Shown here one piece after another: positions 13,495 through 24,853 of a DNA stretch of 64,000 nt. Location: contig OX597832.1 of NCBI GenBank assembly GCA_951406725.2, positions 55,304,001-55,368,000 of the forward strand. The letters run 5' to 3'. The notes below the pieces were generated by a model. It searched no databases. It had not been told where the DNA came from and was given only the letters and a program-made list of their open reading frames with translations. The stretch is from Octopus vulgaris. Its lineage: Eukaryota. Numbering within the stretch: the stretch's first letter is position 1; every line of letters begins with the position of its first letter. Both the position numbers and the translations under genes were made by a program.

Positions 13495-13737
13495 AATAAT
13501 AATAATAATAATGATAATTAATTCGTTTATTGGTCACAAGGGCTGACAAAAATCAATTAAAACATAAAGGGACAAAACACAGGACGAAAGTTACAAAGGG
13601 TTTTGTCCGTTTCAAAAAAGTCCGTGTACAAAAGCAGGATGACAAAGAAAATATAACAAGTAAAAACTCCCAATAGGGGAAGGCGCTTCGAAAGGTTACT
13701 CGTGGAAAAACCCATAAAAGCCATGGGAGCCTGGTCA
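13495..13737 (-). mobile_element. LINE-like 3'-end fragment with AATAAA and (ATT)n tail
   Basis: The minus strand ends cagcccttgtgaccaataaacgaattaattatcattattatt; a shorter sister copy lies at about 44000-44080(+). Confidence 0.55.
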
Positions 13738-14255
13738 AAATGCCGCTAAGCATTTTGCCCGGCGTGCTGACGATTCTGCCAGCTCACCGCCTTAATCAGT
13801 AATAATTAGAAATTATTATAATAATTTCTAACTTAGACAAAAGCTAGAAATGTGGCGGTGAAGAAGGCTACAATTGATTAAATCAACTCCAGGGTTTTGC
13901 TGCTACTTAACTGACCCTGGAAGGATCAAAGGCAAAGATGACCATGGCATGATCTGAACCTGGAACACAGAGAAGATCTGCAAGAAATTTCTTCGAATGC
14001 AAGTTCCACAGGCGAGCTTGTGGAACTTGCTTTCGAATACCAAACATCATAACAAAACTCCATCTTATTCTATTCTTCCCTGGAACTTTCTGACTTAGTG
14101 CCAAGCAGAGAATTCATTATCGAGTTTGGTAAATTGCTAAATCGGACTCGATCAGTTTCTACCTTTGACAGAACGATTATTGATTAAACGTCCATAAACA
14201 CTTTTCTTCTTCTTCTTCTTCTTCTTCTTCTTCTTCTTCTTCCTCCACCTCTCTC

Positions 14256-14360
<105 letters not shown>

Positions 14361-15049
14361 TTGTATATCGTTATGTTATTTCAAACATGTCTGCTCATCG
14401 TATATTTACAAAATTTGCCGAACAGCTGTCAGTATTTTGACTCAGTCTTTCTTTCACTGCCCAAGAAATGGAGTTTGTTAGCGTTAAAGTCAAGAAAAAT
14501 ATATCAATTAAGAAAACAGGCGCTGGCGTAGCTATGTGGTTAGAGATTTGCTTCTCAAAAACATAGCTCCTGGTTCGGTTCCCCTGCGTTGCACCGTGGA
14601 TAAGTGTCTTCTATATTCCCGGGCCAACCAAAACCTTGTGAGTGAATTTGTTAAGCAAAAACTGAAGGAAGCCCGTCGTACACACACACACACTTACACA
14701 TATATGGAGGCACATGGCCTAGTGGTTAGAGCACCGGACTCGCGGGTTCGAATCTCAGACCGGGCGATGGGTGTGTTTATGAGCGAAACACCTAAGCTCC
14801 ACGCAGCTCCGGCGGAAGGTAATGGCGAACTTCTGCTGACTCTTTCGCTACAACTTTCTCTCACTCTTTCCTCCTGCATCTTGCAGCTCACCTGCGACGG
14901 AGCCACGTCCCGTCCAGGTGGGGAGCCTATACGCCAGGGAAACCAGGAAACCGGCCCTTATGAGCCAAGCATGGCTCGAGAAGGAACAAAAAAAATAAAT
15001 AAAAAGAAACAATAATAAATCTTACAGCGAGTTATAAACAGTAGCTGCA

Positions 15050-15304
15050 ACACATCGTGACGTATATTTGCCATTTAAATATGGCTAACCCCTAAGGGTG
15101 GATGCTATTGTAGTTTGTAGCCCCAGGAGGACACCTCCTCCAGCTGGCTTTAGACGCACAGACAGGGCACACAAATACTGATAGGGCACAGAAAGTGTGT
15201 CAATAGCCAGCTGGAGTAGGTGTCCTCCTGGGGCTACAAACTACAGTAGCATCCACCCTTAAGGGTTAGCCATATTTAAATGGCAAATATACGTCACGAT
15301 GTGT
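15050..15304. mobile_element. Foldback/MITE-like element: 100-bp inverted arms, 55-bp spacer
   Basis: 15050-15149 is the reverse complement of 15205-15304 with 3 mismatches by eye. No clear TSD. Confidence 0.75.
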
Positions 15305-15716
15305 AAAATGAAGCGTTTCTCTAGAAATGGTTTAAAGGACAGGCTTCGCGCTGGGAACCCATAGACAGGTCTGCATTGCAACAAAGAACACATCAGAATA
15401 CGTGAAGGATTATCTGTAATTTAGTTAGCGTTTTTATGTTAAATGTTACGTTTTTGTTGCTTTTCATTTACTTAAATGTAAATAACAAAAAACGTATCGA
15501 GTGTTAATTAATGCACAAGTGAAGGGCAGTATTGTAAATATATGCATATGCCTCTCTCTTACTATATATATATATACTTATATACATGATACTCATACAC
15601 AAACCTATGTAATATCAGAGCCCGCTGCATCTGTCACACTTGCGATATTTGATGCAGCAGTTTTAATGAACCATTTATCTCGCCCTGTAATATGAAGTCT
15701 TTCACGTGTTACTTCT

Positions 15717-15774
<58 letters not shown>

Positions 15775-16043
15775 AACTATACATTTTATTACAATACAAA
15801 AGTATTCTTTTCCAGCGAAAACAATACTACCGTTATCGACTGCTGTTTCCAGCAAACATTGGTATCTTGTGCCACTATTTCCTATATATATATATATATA
15901 GTAATACTAAGTAATTAAGGGTTTAGCAACAATTTGCCTCACCACACACCGAATTTAGAAATAGCAGTCAAAGAGTTATGGCTATTCTTTCTACTTAAAA
16001 GGGAGATCCCAGTAAAACCACAGCACTTAAAAGGCAAACAACG

Positions 16044-16077
<34 letters not shown>

Positions 16078-16084
16078 TGTGTGT

Positions 16085-16122
<38 letters not shown>

Positions 16123-16904
16123 AAAAGAAGTCAAGATAGAAAATACTAAAATAATTTTATAAATAAGCATTTCAGTACCGGTTTCAGTCATTGAGAGTTT
16201 TTCAACTTTAAGTATGGAAAACAATTAAATTAAGAAAAATTTTTAAAGTTTTTTTTAAAAGAATATTTGCATAGCCTTCAAATACAAGTATCATTTTCCT
16301 TGTTTCTGCCTGTCTCTGTCTCTCTTGTTTACTCTTGTGAGTATATATATACACGCAAACGTGTACATGGATATGTACAGTTTTCTAATGTTGCTTTTCG
16401 CACCTATATATTTGTATTGGGAATTCTGGGTAATAAGTTCTTCGCCTTGTATTATTAGAAACACATTGTACACATACACGCATTACAATCCTCTCGCTCT
16501 CCCCCTCCCTCCCTCTCTCCCCCTCTCTCTGTCTCTTTCTTGTATACGATAGCTAATGCCTCTGTTCATCTGACACGGTGTTAATGGTAGCCCCTGCTGT
16601 TTTACTCACTTCCGGACACCTGACGTTTTACTTCCTCTCCAAAAGGTTCCGCCGTAATCGTTTGGCCTGGAATACTTCTACAAACTTTTCTTAACTAATT
16701 AATTCAATTAGATACATAAGATATTGCTTTCTCACATTTCGACTTTGCACTTGTCCGTCTGACTATTCCTAGTGCAGAGTTATGCATATATACACTGTTA
16801 ACCCCGTTCCCTCACACACATACACTGTTGGTTTGTCTCGGGCCTACAGGGCCTTTGTGGTGAGGATCGCATTTCGGCTTCTGTGGCGTTTTAGCGACTC
16901 TAGT

Positions 16905-17653
16905 CCGGCGCGTGACATTTTTCTCCCACGAGAGTTCCGGACCCCAGTTATGAACCCATTTGCGTACAGCCAATCAGAGCTCAACTATCAGACTAATTTA
17001 TGAGCGCATAACGAGTGATGGCCGATAAGCTAAGGTCACTTGAGTAAGGAATGACCATGCTTCTTTTCTCTTTTGATAATGCTTGTTGTTCTTGTTCCAA
17101 CCATGGCTACCTCTGCATAGTTGTGTTGTTGTTTACTTTGTAAAACAGTAAGGGCAGAGGGTTGCTTGCACGTCACCCTCTACCCATCCACATCTCTACC
17201 CCATGGGGCCCTAACAAAATCCGATAATTGGTATAGATGCAAATCTATTTAATTACTTGTCTCCTTCTAAAATCAAGCATAATTTGGGATCTTATTTCTT
17301 TACTGCCCACAAGGGGCTAAACATAGAGGGGACAAACAAGGTCAGACAAAGGGATTAAGTCGATTACATCGACCCCAGTGCGTAACTGGTAATTAATTTA
17401 TCGACCCCGAAAAGATGAACGGCAAAGTTGACCTCGGCGGAATTTGAACTCAGAACGTAACTTAGCGATCTGTCGACTTCCAACACCGTTCTTCGTTTTG
17501 AATTTACTTGGTAGAGTGTTTCACCAAGAGATTTTGAAAGCCATCCTTTGTTAATTTGACGACAAGGTCAAGATGAGCTCTGATTGGCTGTGTGCTGATG
17601 AGTTCATTACTGGGGTTCGGAACTCTCGTGAGAAAAAAAAAATTCGCGTCCGG
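16905..17653. mobile_element. Decayed TIR element (~80-bp imperfect inverted repeats) interrupted by a SINE C fragment
   Basis: cacgagagttccggaccccagttatgaacccat..cagccaatcagagctca (about 16927-16983) pairs with tgagctctgattggctg..atgagttcattactggggttcggaactctcgtg (about 17574-17630). Confidence 0.65.
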
Positions 17654-17915
17654 CGCATGGTTTTCTGCTTACCCCATCTTTAGATACTGTTGGTACGAAT
17701 TTTCAGGTCAAGAATCTGAAACAATGTGAAATAGTTTTCTGTTTCAAGGACACAACACTTCCAAAATCAAAACTACGACCTTAACGATTCGCGAGCAACT
17801 TGTTAAGCTACGGGCGCTCACACACATAATGGTCTGGAATTGTCAAAGACATGTTTCGATTTCTCTAAAATTGAATAAAATAATGTGTACACACGATAAA
17901 TAAAATAAATACTTT

Positions 17916-18320
17916 AGGCGCAGGAGTGGCTGTGTGGTAAGTAGCTTGCTTACCAACCACATGGTTCCGGAGTTCAGTCCCACTGCGTGGCATCTTGGGC
18001 AAGTGTCTTCTACTATAGCCTCGGGCCGACCAAAGCCGTGTGAATTGATTTGGTAGACGGAAACTGAAAGAAGCCCGTCGTATATATGTATATATATATA
18101 TGTGTGTGTGTGTGTTTGTCCGTGTTTGTCCCACCAACATCGCTTGACAACCGATGCTGGTGTGTTTACGTTCCCGTAACTTTAGCGGTTCAGTAAAAGG
18201 AGACCGATAGAATAAGTACTAGGTTTACAAAGAATAAATCCTGAGGGTCGATTTGCTCGACTGAAGGCGGTGCTCCAGCATCGCCGCAGTCAAATACCTG
18301 AAAACAAATAAAAGAGTAAT
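17916..18320 (+). mobile_element. SINE family A copy upstream of the first BCOR exon
   Basis: Colinear with 21239-21635 from ggcgcaggagtggc to the aaaagagta tail. Confidence 0.85.
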
Positions 18321-18519
18321 AATTATAACGCAATATAAACAAAATCTGAAGTGTCTTGGTGCGTGACTTTTGGTCCATTCTGTCTACACAAACACGCGCA
18401 CAAATACACACATACATATAGATTGATGTGATTCTCTGTCCTTAAGCACTCTCTCTCTCTCTCTCTGCTATTATAGCAGTCTCCAGCGCACGGAACACGT
18501 GAATATACACACATACTCA

Positions 18520-18695
18520 CGAGGGGGTGCTGGCTTTGGGTTAAAGAAAATACAGGAGGATCAGTTAATTATGATTTTATTCAACATATTCCCCTCTCAG
18601 ATTCACACACTTATTGCAGTGGTCCTTCAGTTTTTCTAAGCCCTGTAAAGAACTCGCGACACCCTTTAAGCCAGAAACTTTTCATCGCCCCCGCA
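18520..18695. mobile_element. Mariner-type non-autonomous element remnant
   Basis: Left end cgagggggtgctg(deletion)gctt and right end aagccagaaacttttcatcgcccccg followed by ta; resembles mariner-like CGAGGGG termini. Confidence 0.55.
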
Positions 18696-18959
18696 TAGAC
18701 AGTGGGTCTAACTGGGTCTAACGTTTGTAACAGCTGTTAACGTTACATTGAAGTCAGCGTGTGTTACACACAAGTTCTGTCACAACTTGTGCACGAAGCA
18801 TAATTACTGTAGAAATGTAATTCCTCTCTTCTCTCTCGAGTTCATAAATTACAACGCAAGGTTTTTTTGTTTCCGTTGTGAACACCCACTGGGCATTCTT
18901 AAAGTCGAAAGTTGGCTATAGGATTTCATTTTCTTTCATTTCTCTGCATGTGGTGCACG

Positions 18960-18992
<33 letters not shown>

Positions 18993-19364
18993 GCGCGCGC
19001 GCGTGTGTGTCGTCTGCCCTCGCAGATTATCGTCTGTAAGTCGACAATGTTATTTTCTTAAAGACACACACACACACACACGCATAAACCATGTTTTTGT
19101 CTCTGTCTGTGTCTGTCTGATCGTTTGGTATATTCTCTCACTCAACGCTAGTCACATGGCTGTAATAAAATTTGGGTATCATAGCATCATTCATTAACGA
19201 CACAATACACACACACCGCTACCACTATCCTTCCCACCCCACCGTCACCCGACACTGGTAGAATCTGTACTCGGAACGTAAAGACGGACGAAACGCCGCT
19301 AAGCATTTTGCCCGACGTGCTGAAGATACTGCTCACTGCCTTTCACCACTCTTACAATAATATG

Positions 19365-19397
<33 letters not shown>

Positions 19398-19614
19398 ATA
19401 CTTTCTATCTATCAATCTCCATCTGCCTATCTGTCTGTCTGTCTGTCTGTCTATCTGTCTATCTCTGTCTATCTATCTGTCTGTCTGTCTATCTTTCTAT
19501 TTGTCTATCTATCCTATCTCTCTGTCTATCTATCTATCTATCCTATCTCTCTGTCTATCTATATCTATTTATCTGTCCATCTATCTGTCTATCTATCTTA
19601 CTATCTGTCTGTCT
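19365..19614. repeat. (TCTA)n/(TCTG)n microsatellite
   Basis: Direct reading. Confidence 0.95.
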
Positions 19615-20020
19615 AATAATGCAAGGTAGGAAGGTACTATTGTCATTAATGCATTGTTTCGTACAAGCTGCAACTCGTTTCAACTTTACTATTTATTTTA
19701 AATGGGCCTGATTCTCGTTTATCTAATAAATATATTATTATTACTTGTTTGTATTTGGATATTAAACATAAGCTCGAACCTCACTTTACTTATCATTTTA
19801 ATGTTTGTACACTGTATCCTTTACTTACGCTGACATTTCCATCGATCTTCAATGGCGTCTTAAGAACCATCCTATTTGTAGCTATATATATATATGTTGT
19901 TCGTTTGGCGGATAAATCCGATATTTCGCAATTAGGGGAATTAAGTTTGTAATAATAAAATGCCACGAGTGTCTTTATTAATGTCCGTTTTTCTCTATTT
20001 GCTTCTTGTTTTTCTTACAG

Positions 20021-20122
20021 ACGAGTAACAGTATTCCGATGCCACCAGAAATACGCAGATTAGCAATAAACAAGAACTCGGGAGAAACTCTCTTACACCG
20101 ATCTGCTCGATGTGGTTATCAG
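20021..20122 (+). CDS. BCOR: Internal coding exon of a BCOR/BCORL1-like corepressor (start of ankyrin region), 102 nt, phase 0-0
   Basis: Polypyrimidine tract plus ttacag acceptor. Translates [34 protein letters not shown], matching the BCOR-type motif (PE.RRL.VNKN.GETLL.R.AR.GY). Donor CAG|gtggtt. Joins in frame to the exon at 24687. Confidence 0.9.
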
Positions 20123-20243
20123 GTGGTTATCATTTGCATAACGTTGCAATTTTTCGCATTCATTTCTTTGGTTTTTGTATCATTATCATTTATGTAGTAT
20201 TTTTTTAATATATATTTATATATATTTTTATATATATATTATA

Positions 20244-20393
20244 TGGGTTGGCGTTAGGAAGGGCATCCAGCTGTAGAAACACTGCCAGATCAAACTGGGC
20301 CTGGTGCAGCCTTCTGGCTTCCCAGATCCCAGTTGAACCAGCCAACCCATGCTAGCATGGAAAGCGGACGTTAAACTACGATGATGATAATGA
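20244..20393 (+). mobile_element. SINE-like family D 3' portion with (GAT)n tail
   Basis: gggttggcgttaggaagggcatccagc...aacccatgctagcatggaaagcggacgttaaa..gatgatgat. Related pieces at 5167-5255, 5388-5455, 24450-24550, 25818-25960 and 62340-62690(-). Confidence 0.7.
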
Positions 20394-21238
20394 TTTACTT
20401 CTTTTGGTTATTAGACTACGGCCATGCTGGAACATCGCCTTGAATTTTTAGTCGAATGAATCGATCCCTAGTACTTTTTTTGGCTGTCGCTGAGAGGACC
20501 GCGTGATCCACGTGGTCAATACCGTGACGTGGTCCGTTCCGTAAATTTAGAGGTCGGGCCACACGGAACAGCTACGTTGTAGGTGACCGTCGCACCCCGG
20601 GGGGGGATCCCGACTACATTAAAGCATGGTACCTATTCTACCGATCTGTTTTGGCGAACCACTAAGTTACGCGGACATAAACACACAAACTCCGGTTGTC
20701 AAGCAGTGATGGGTGACACACAAACACATAACAGACTTCTTTCAGTTTCCGGCTACCAGATGCACTCACAAGGTTTTGGTCGGCCTGAGGCTATAGTAGA
20801 CACTTGCCCAAGGTACCACGCAGTGGAACTGAGCCCGGAACCATGTGGTTGGGAAGCAAGATTCTTACTGCGCTGCCACGCCTGCGCCAATCTTTGAGAA
20901 TCTAAATACTTAGGAGTAGCAGCCACACACAGAAGCAGACGTGGTTTATGGTAAGCAGTTTGTTTCCCAACCACTTGATGCCAGGTTCAGTTCCAATGCG
21001 AGGTAGTTTGGGGAGGTGTTTTTTGCTATAATCGACCAATACCTTGTGAGTGAATTTGGTAGACGGAAACTGAAGGAAGCCTGTCGTACATTGTGTGTGT
21101 ATCTGTGTACGAGATGTGATTAATGAGTATCCGGACTGTTGCCATAGTAACGAAGCCAGAGCACGCAAAGTGAAGCCGTTCGGCACAGATTGATCTTGAA
21201 CTCTGCTGCACATGCGCACTAAGTTTCAACATTCAAGT

Positions 21239-21635
21239 AGGCGCAGGAGTGGCTTTGTCGTAAGTAGCTTGCTTCCCAACCACATGGTTCCGGGTTCAGT
21301 CCCACTGCGTGGCACCTTGGGCAAGTGTCTTCTACTATAGCCTCGGGCCGACCAAAGCCGTATGAGTGAATTTGGTAGACGGAAACTGAAAGAAGCCCGT
21401 CGTATATATGTATATATATATGTGCGTGTGTGTTTGTGTGTATGTGTTTGTCCTCCTAGCATTGCTTGACAACCGATGCTGGTGTGTTTACGTCCCCCGT
21501 CACTTAGCGGTTCGGCAAAAGAGACTGATAGAATAGGTACTGGGCTTACAAAGAATAAGTCCCGGGGTCGAGTTGCTCGATTAAAGGTGGTGCTCCAGCA
21601 TGGCCGCAGTCAAATGACTGAAACAAGTAAAAGAG
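21239..21635 (+). mobile_element. SINE family A, representative full-length copy (~400 bp): tRNA-like head, CORE-like block, internal (TA)/(TG) microsatellite, hairpin module, aaacaagtaaaagag tail
   Basis: A-box-like tggctttgtcgt and B-box-like ggttcagtccc; ccttgggcaagtgtctt resembles the CORE-SINE motif. Other copies or fragments at about 2317-2872(-), 4037-4385(-), 4393-4705(-), 6171-6520(+), 14518-14690(+), 17916-18320(+), 20395-20888(-), 20930-21090(+), 27503-27917(+), 28350-28765(-), 34050-34597(mixed), 35430-35805(+), 37055-37435(-), 39607-39991(-), 40103-40465(+), 42648-43027(-), 48020-48463(-), 49743-49980(-), 49979-50367(+), 51060-51210(+), 62725-62980(-). Confidence 0.85.
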
Positions 21636-22030
21636 AAAGAGAGAGATTCTAGCTCACTTCCACTGTTTACAGTAGTGCTTGTATGTTTTTCCTTGTTTTC
21701 ACATTGCGTGGTAGTTGTTAACAAGAGTAACCGTTTCCATTCCTCCGCGAAAACATGTCCAGCCGCACTAAAGAGCCATAACAATATAGGTTTCAAACTT
21801 CGGCACAAGGTTAGCAATTTCGACGAAGGGAACAAGTCAATTACACCGACCCCAGTACATAACTGGTACTTATTTTATCGATCCCGAAAGGATGGAAGGC
21901 GAAGTCGACCACGGCCGAATTCGAACTCAGAACGTAAAGACGGACGAAATACTTCTAAGCATTTTGCCCCGCTTGTTAACGATTCTGCCAAGTCACTGTC
22001 TCTGACGCTTTAATTATTATTCTGTCAATT

Positions 22031-22311
22031 GTTGTGGTTGTTTGTTCCTTCTCGATCCACGCCTGGCTCATAAGGGCCGGTTTCCTTTGGCGTATAGGTC
22101 CCCCACCTGGACGGGACGCCAGTCCGTCGCAGGGGAGATGCAGGAGGAAAGAGTGAGAGAAAGTTGTGGCGAAAGAGTCAGCAGAAGTTCGCCATTACCT
22201 TCTGTCGGAGCCGCGTGGAGCTTAGGTGTTTCGCTCATAAATACACACATCGCCCGGTCTGAGATTAGAACGCGTGTATGCTGCTCCAACCACCAGGCCA
22301 TGTGCCTCCAC
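22031..22311 (-). mobile_element. SINE family B, second tail type, with 13-bp target-site duplication
   Basis: Same head as other B copies. Flanked by tattctgtcaatt (22018-22030) and tattctgccaatt (22312-22324). Sister copy at 14706-14990(+). Confidence 0.85.
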
Positions 22312-22825
22312 TATTCTGCCAATTACATAGAGCTTTATTCCGTCACTAATACCGTTAGAAAAAGCATGAACACCACAGGATCTCATCTCCGTCCGTATAA
22401 GGGTCCGCGCATTGTTGAACGTCTTAGATTCGTATCTTGACTCCCACCCCGCTTTTACGAAACTCTATCAAATTACATAATAAATAAGTCCAAAATAAAT
22501 TTTAATTTCCTCTGAAGCGAAATCGAACTCACTTCATTAGGATCTATATAACGTTTTAGCCTAACCCAATTCCTCTCTCAGACACTATCGTTATCAGTTC
22601 TCTGAAGATCAAGAAATAATTTACGAAGTCAGCAACTCCGGAAATCATCCAAGCATAAACAAAAGAAAAAAAGAATCCAAAAATAAAAAGAAGCAACAAA
22701 GAAAAAAACCCACTCTTCATGTTTTTTAATCAAACAGTAAATTATTTGCTAGTTCCTGGATTTACTTATTTCGAGGTTTTGGACCTGACAGTTGTTTGTT
22801 TACGTCAGTGAATATCGGCTGACTT

Positions 22826-22873
<48 letters not shown>

Positions 22874-23873
22874 TGTGTCTCTCCTTCTCTCTCTCCATAG
22901 CTATATATATGTATATATAGCTGACAGCGTATCAGAAAACATTTCTTTCATGGTCATTCATAGAATCTATCTTTGATGTAGACATCGGGGATGGGTTTAC
23001 TACTGTCAGACGTGTTCGATCAACAACTGCAAAATGTGTTGCTGCTTTCTGATCGTCTGGCTACATTTTACACCCCCCACACACAGATATATATGTATTT
23101 ATATATATATATATATAATAGCAAAATGGCTGTCGCTACACATCGTAGTTAATAATTCATCGACACTCGTTGTGCGTCTTCTTGAAACAAGAAACTGTCT
23201 GATCATAATGTTGTTCTATTTCCGGCAATATTTATTATCATTGCTGGTATTGTCACTGTTTCTATGTCGGCTGCGAAGACAGGAATCAGACAGTAGAACT
23301 TAAAATGACTTAGGCTGTTTAGATGATCTCGCCGTTGACGTTGTCGCCATCGTCGTCGTCGTTGTTTAGTTCCAGGTCAGACTGAATCGAGTAAACAGAA
23401 TATCAATGCTGTTCCACCCTGCTACCATCCCCGCCTCTTTTAATGCATCTAAGACTGCATTATTTTATTTCCTATATCGAATCTATAAAAAGTGGACAGA
23501 TGTGATATGAACGGAAGAGATTTGGCTGCTATTTCTAGCGAGTCGGTACGACTACGTTACCATCGTTTACTTTTGGTTTTTCTCCTTTCCTTTTTCAAGT
23601 TTACTTCTAGTTTCGTTTTTCGTCCCTGTTGGGCGGTGGGGTTACTAGACACCAGTAATATTCGGGAGTCCCGCACGATCGTCTAAGCGCAGGCATGGCC
23701 GTGTGATTAAGAAGTGCGTTTCCCAACCATGTGGCTTCAGGTTCAATCTCAATGCGTGGCATCTTAACAAAACCTTTACACCTTTAACAAATTTTTTTTT
23801 TTTCCCACGATAACTGCAGTGAATTTGCCTTTAGAAGTTAAAATGTCCCAAACATATTTTAACTAACTTAAAG

Positions 23874-23930
<57 letters not shown>

Positions 23931-24686
23931 CGCATGGCCTAGTGGTAAGGCTGTTGCACGCTAGATTCGTGGGTTCGATTCTCTGATTGGCTGGCGCGTT
24001 GTGTGTTCTTGAGCAAAACATTTCATTTCGCTTTGCTCCAATCTCCCTTTCGATCAGTGGGAATGTTGGCCTGCTCGCCTAGCCAGCGGGATGGCGTCAG
24101 TTGAAGGCTAAAACAATGCAATAGCGCATTGTGACCAGCGATGTGTAACACTGTCTGAAAGCCTGGTCAGTCACGTCATCACATGATATATATATATATA
24201 TATGCGCGTATATATTTCCTTGTGGCATTACCTTATACAGTAATCCCTCGCCATATTGCGGTTTATTATCTAAGCCTACGTCGCTTCCTCTGCAATGTTG
24301 TTTTGCATTTATAATAAAATACATACAAATTATAAAAATAATGAATAATTATATATAGTACAGTACTGTTTCTACTTCGTGGAATTTCACCCAACACCAG
24401 GTGTTCTGGAACATAGCACCTGCGATAGTCGAGGGGTTACTGTAGTTGTAAACGAGAGTAGCCGTTTCCTGTGTCCGGCCACGAGGAGATATTACCACAC
24501 TTGGAAACGCCTGAAGGTTGGCGACAACAAGGGCATCCAAGTGTAGTAAATGTTTCAATGAATTCCAAGTGGTAAGACTGCAAAATTACTAATTTAAATG
24601 TAAAATGGATAGATAATTGTAAGAGAAGTTTATCTATACTGGCAAAACGCTGTGAATGTAACTCATGCTTGTACTCTCTTTTGTAG

Positions 24687-24853
24687 GATGTACTCTACTA
24701 CTGTTTGAAAACGAGGTCCGTTGATGTAAACGCCCGCGACAACGCGGGATTCACACCATTACACGAGTGCTGTGTTCGAGGGAATTTATACGTCGCGCGC
24801 TATTTGATTTCATACGGAGCTGATGTTAACCAATGTTCTCAAGACGGAATCAG
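24687..24853 (+). CDS. BCOR: Internal coding exon of BCOR-like gene, ankyrin repeats, 167 nt, phase 0-2
   Basis: Acceptor ctctcttttgtag and donor AG|gtaatt. My translation (absent from the ORF track): DVLYYCLKTRSVDVNARDNAGFTPLHECCVRGNLYVARYLISYGADVNQCSQDGI(R), with ankyrin TPLH and GADVN motifs. Confidence 0.93.

Larger units (their letters stand above)
20123..24686 (+). other. GT-AG intron (4564 nt) of BCOR-like gene
   Basis: Bounded by two in-frame exons; filled with SINEs and microsatellites. Confidence 0.85.

Noticed and set aside
21239-21312. tRNA-like sequences at SINE heads (Gly-like in family A, Arg-like in family B)
   Set aside because: No intact cloverleaf or acceptor stem, and they are always attached to SINE bodies, so they are not called as tRNA genes.
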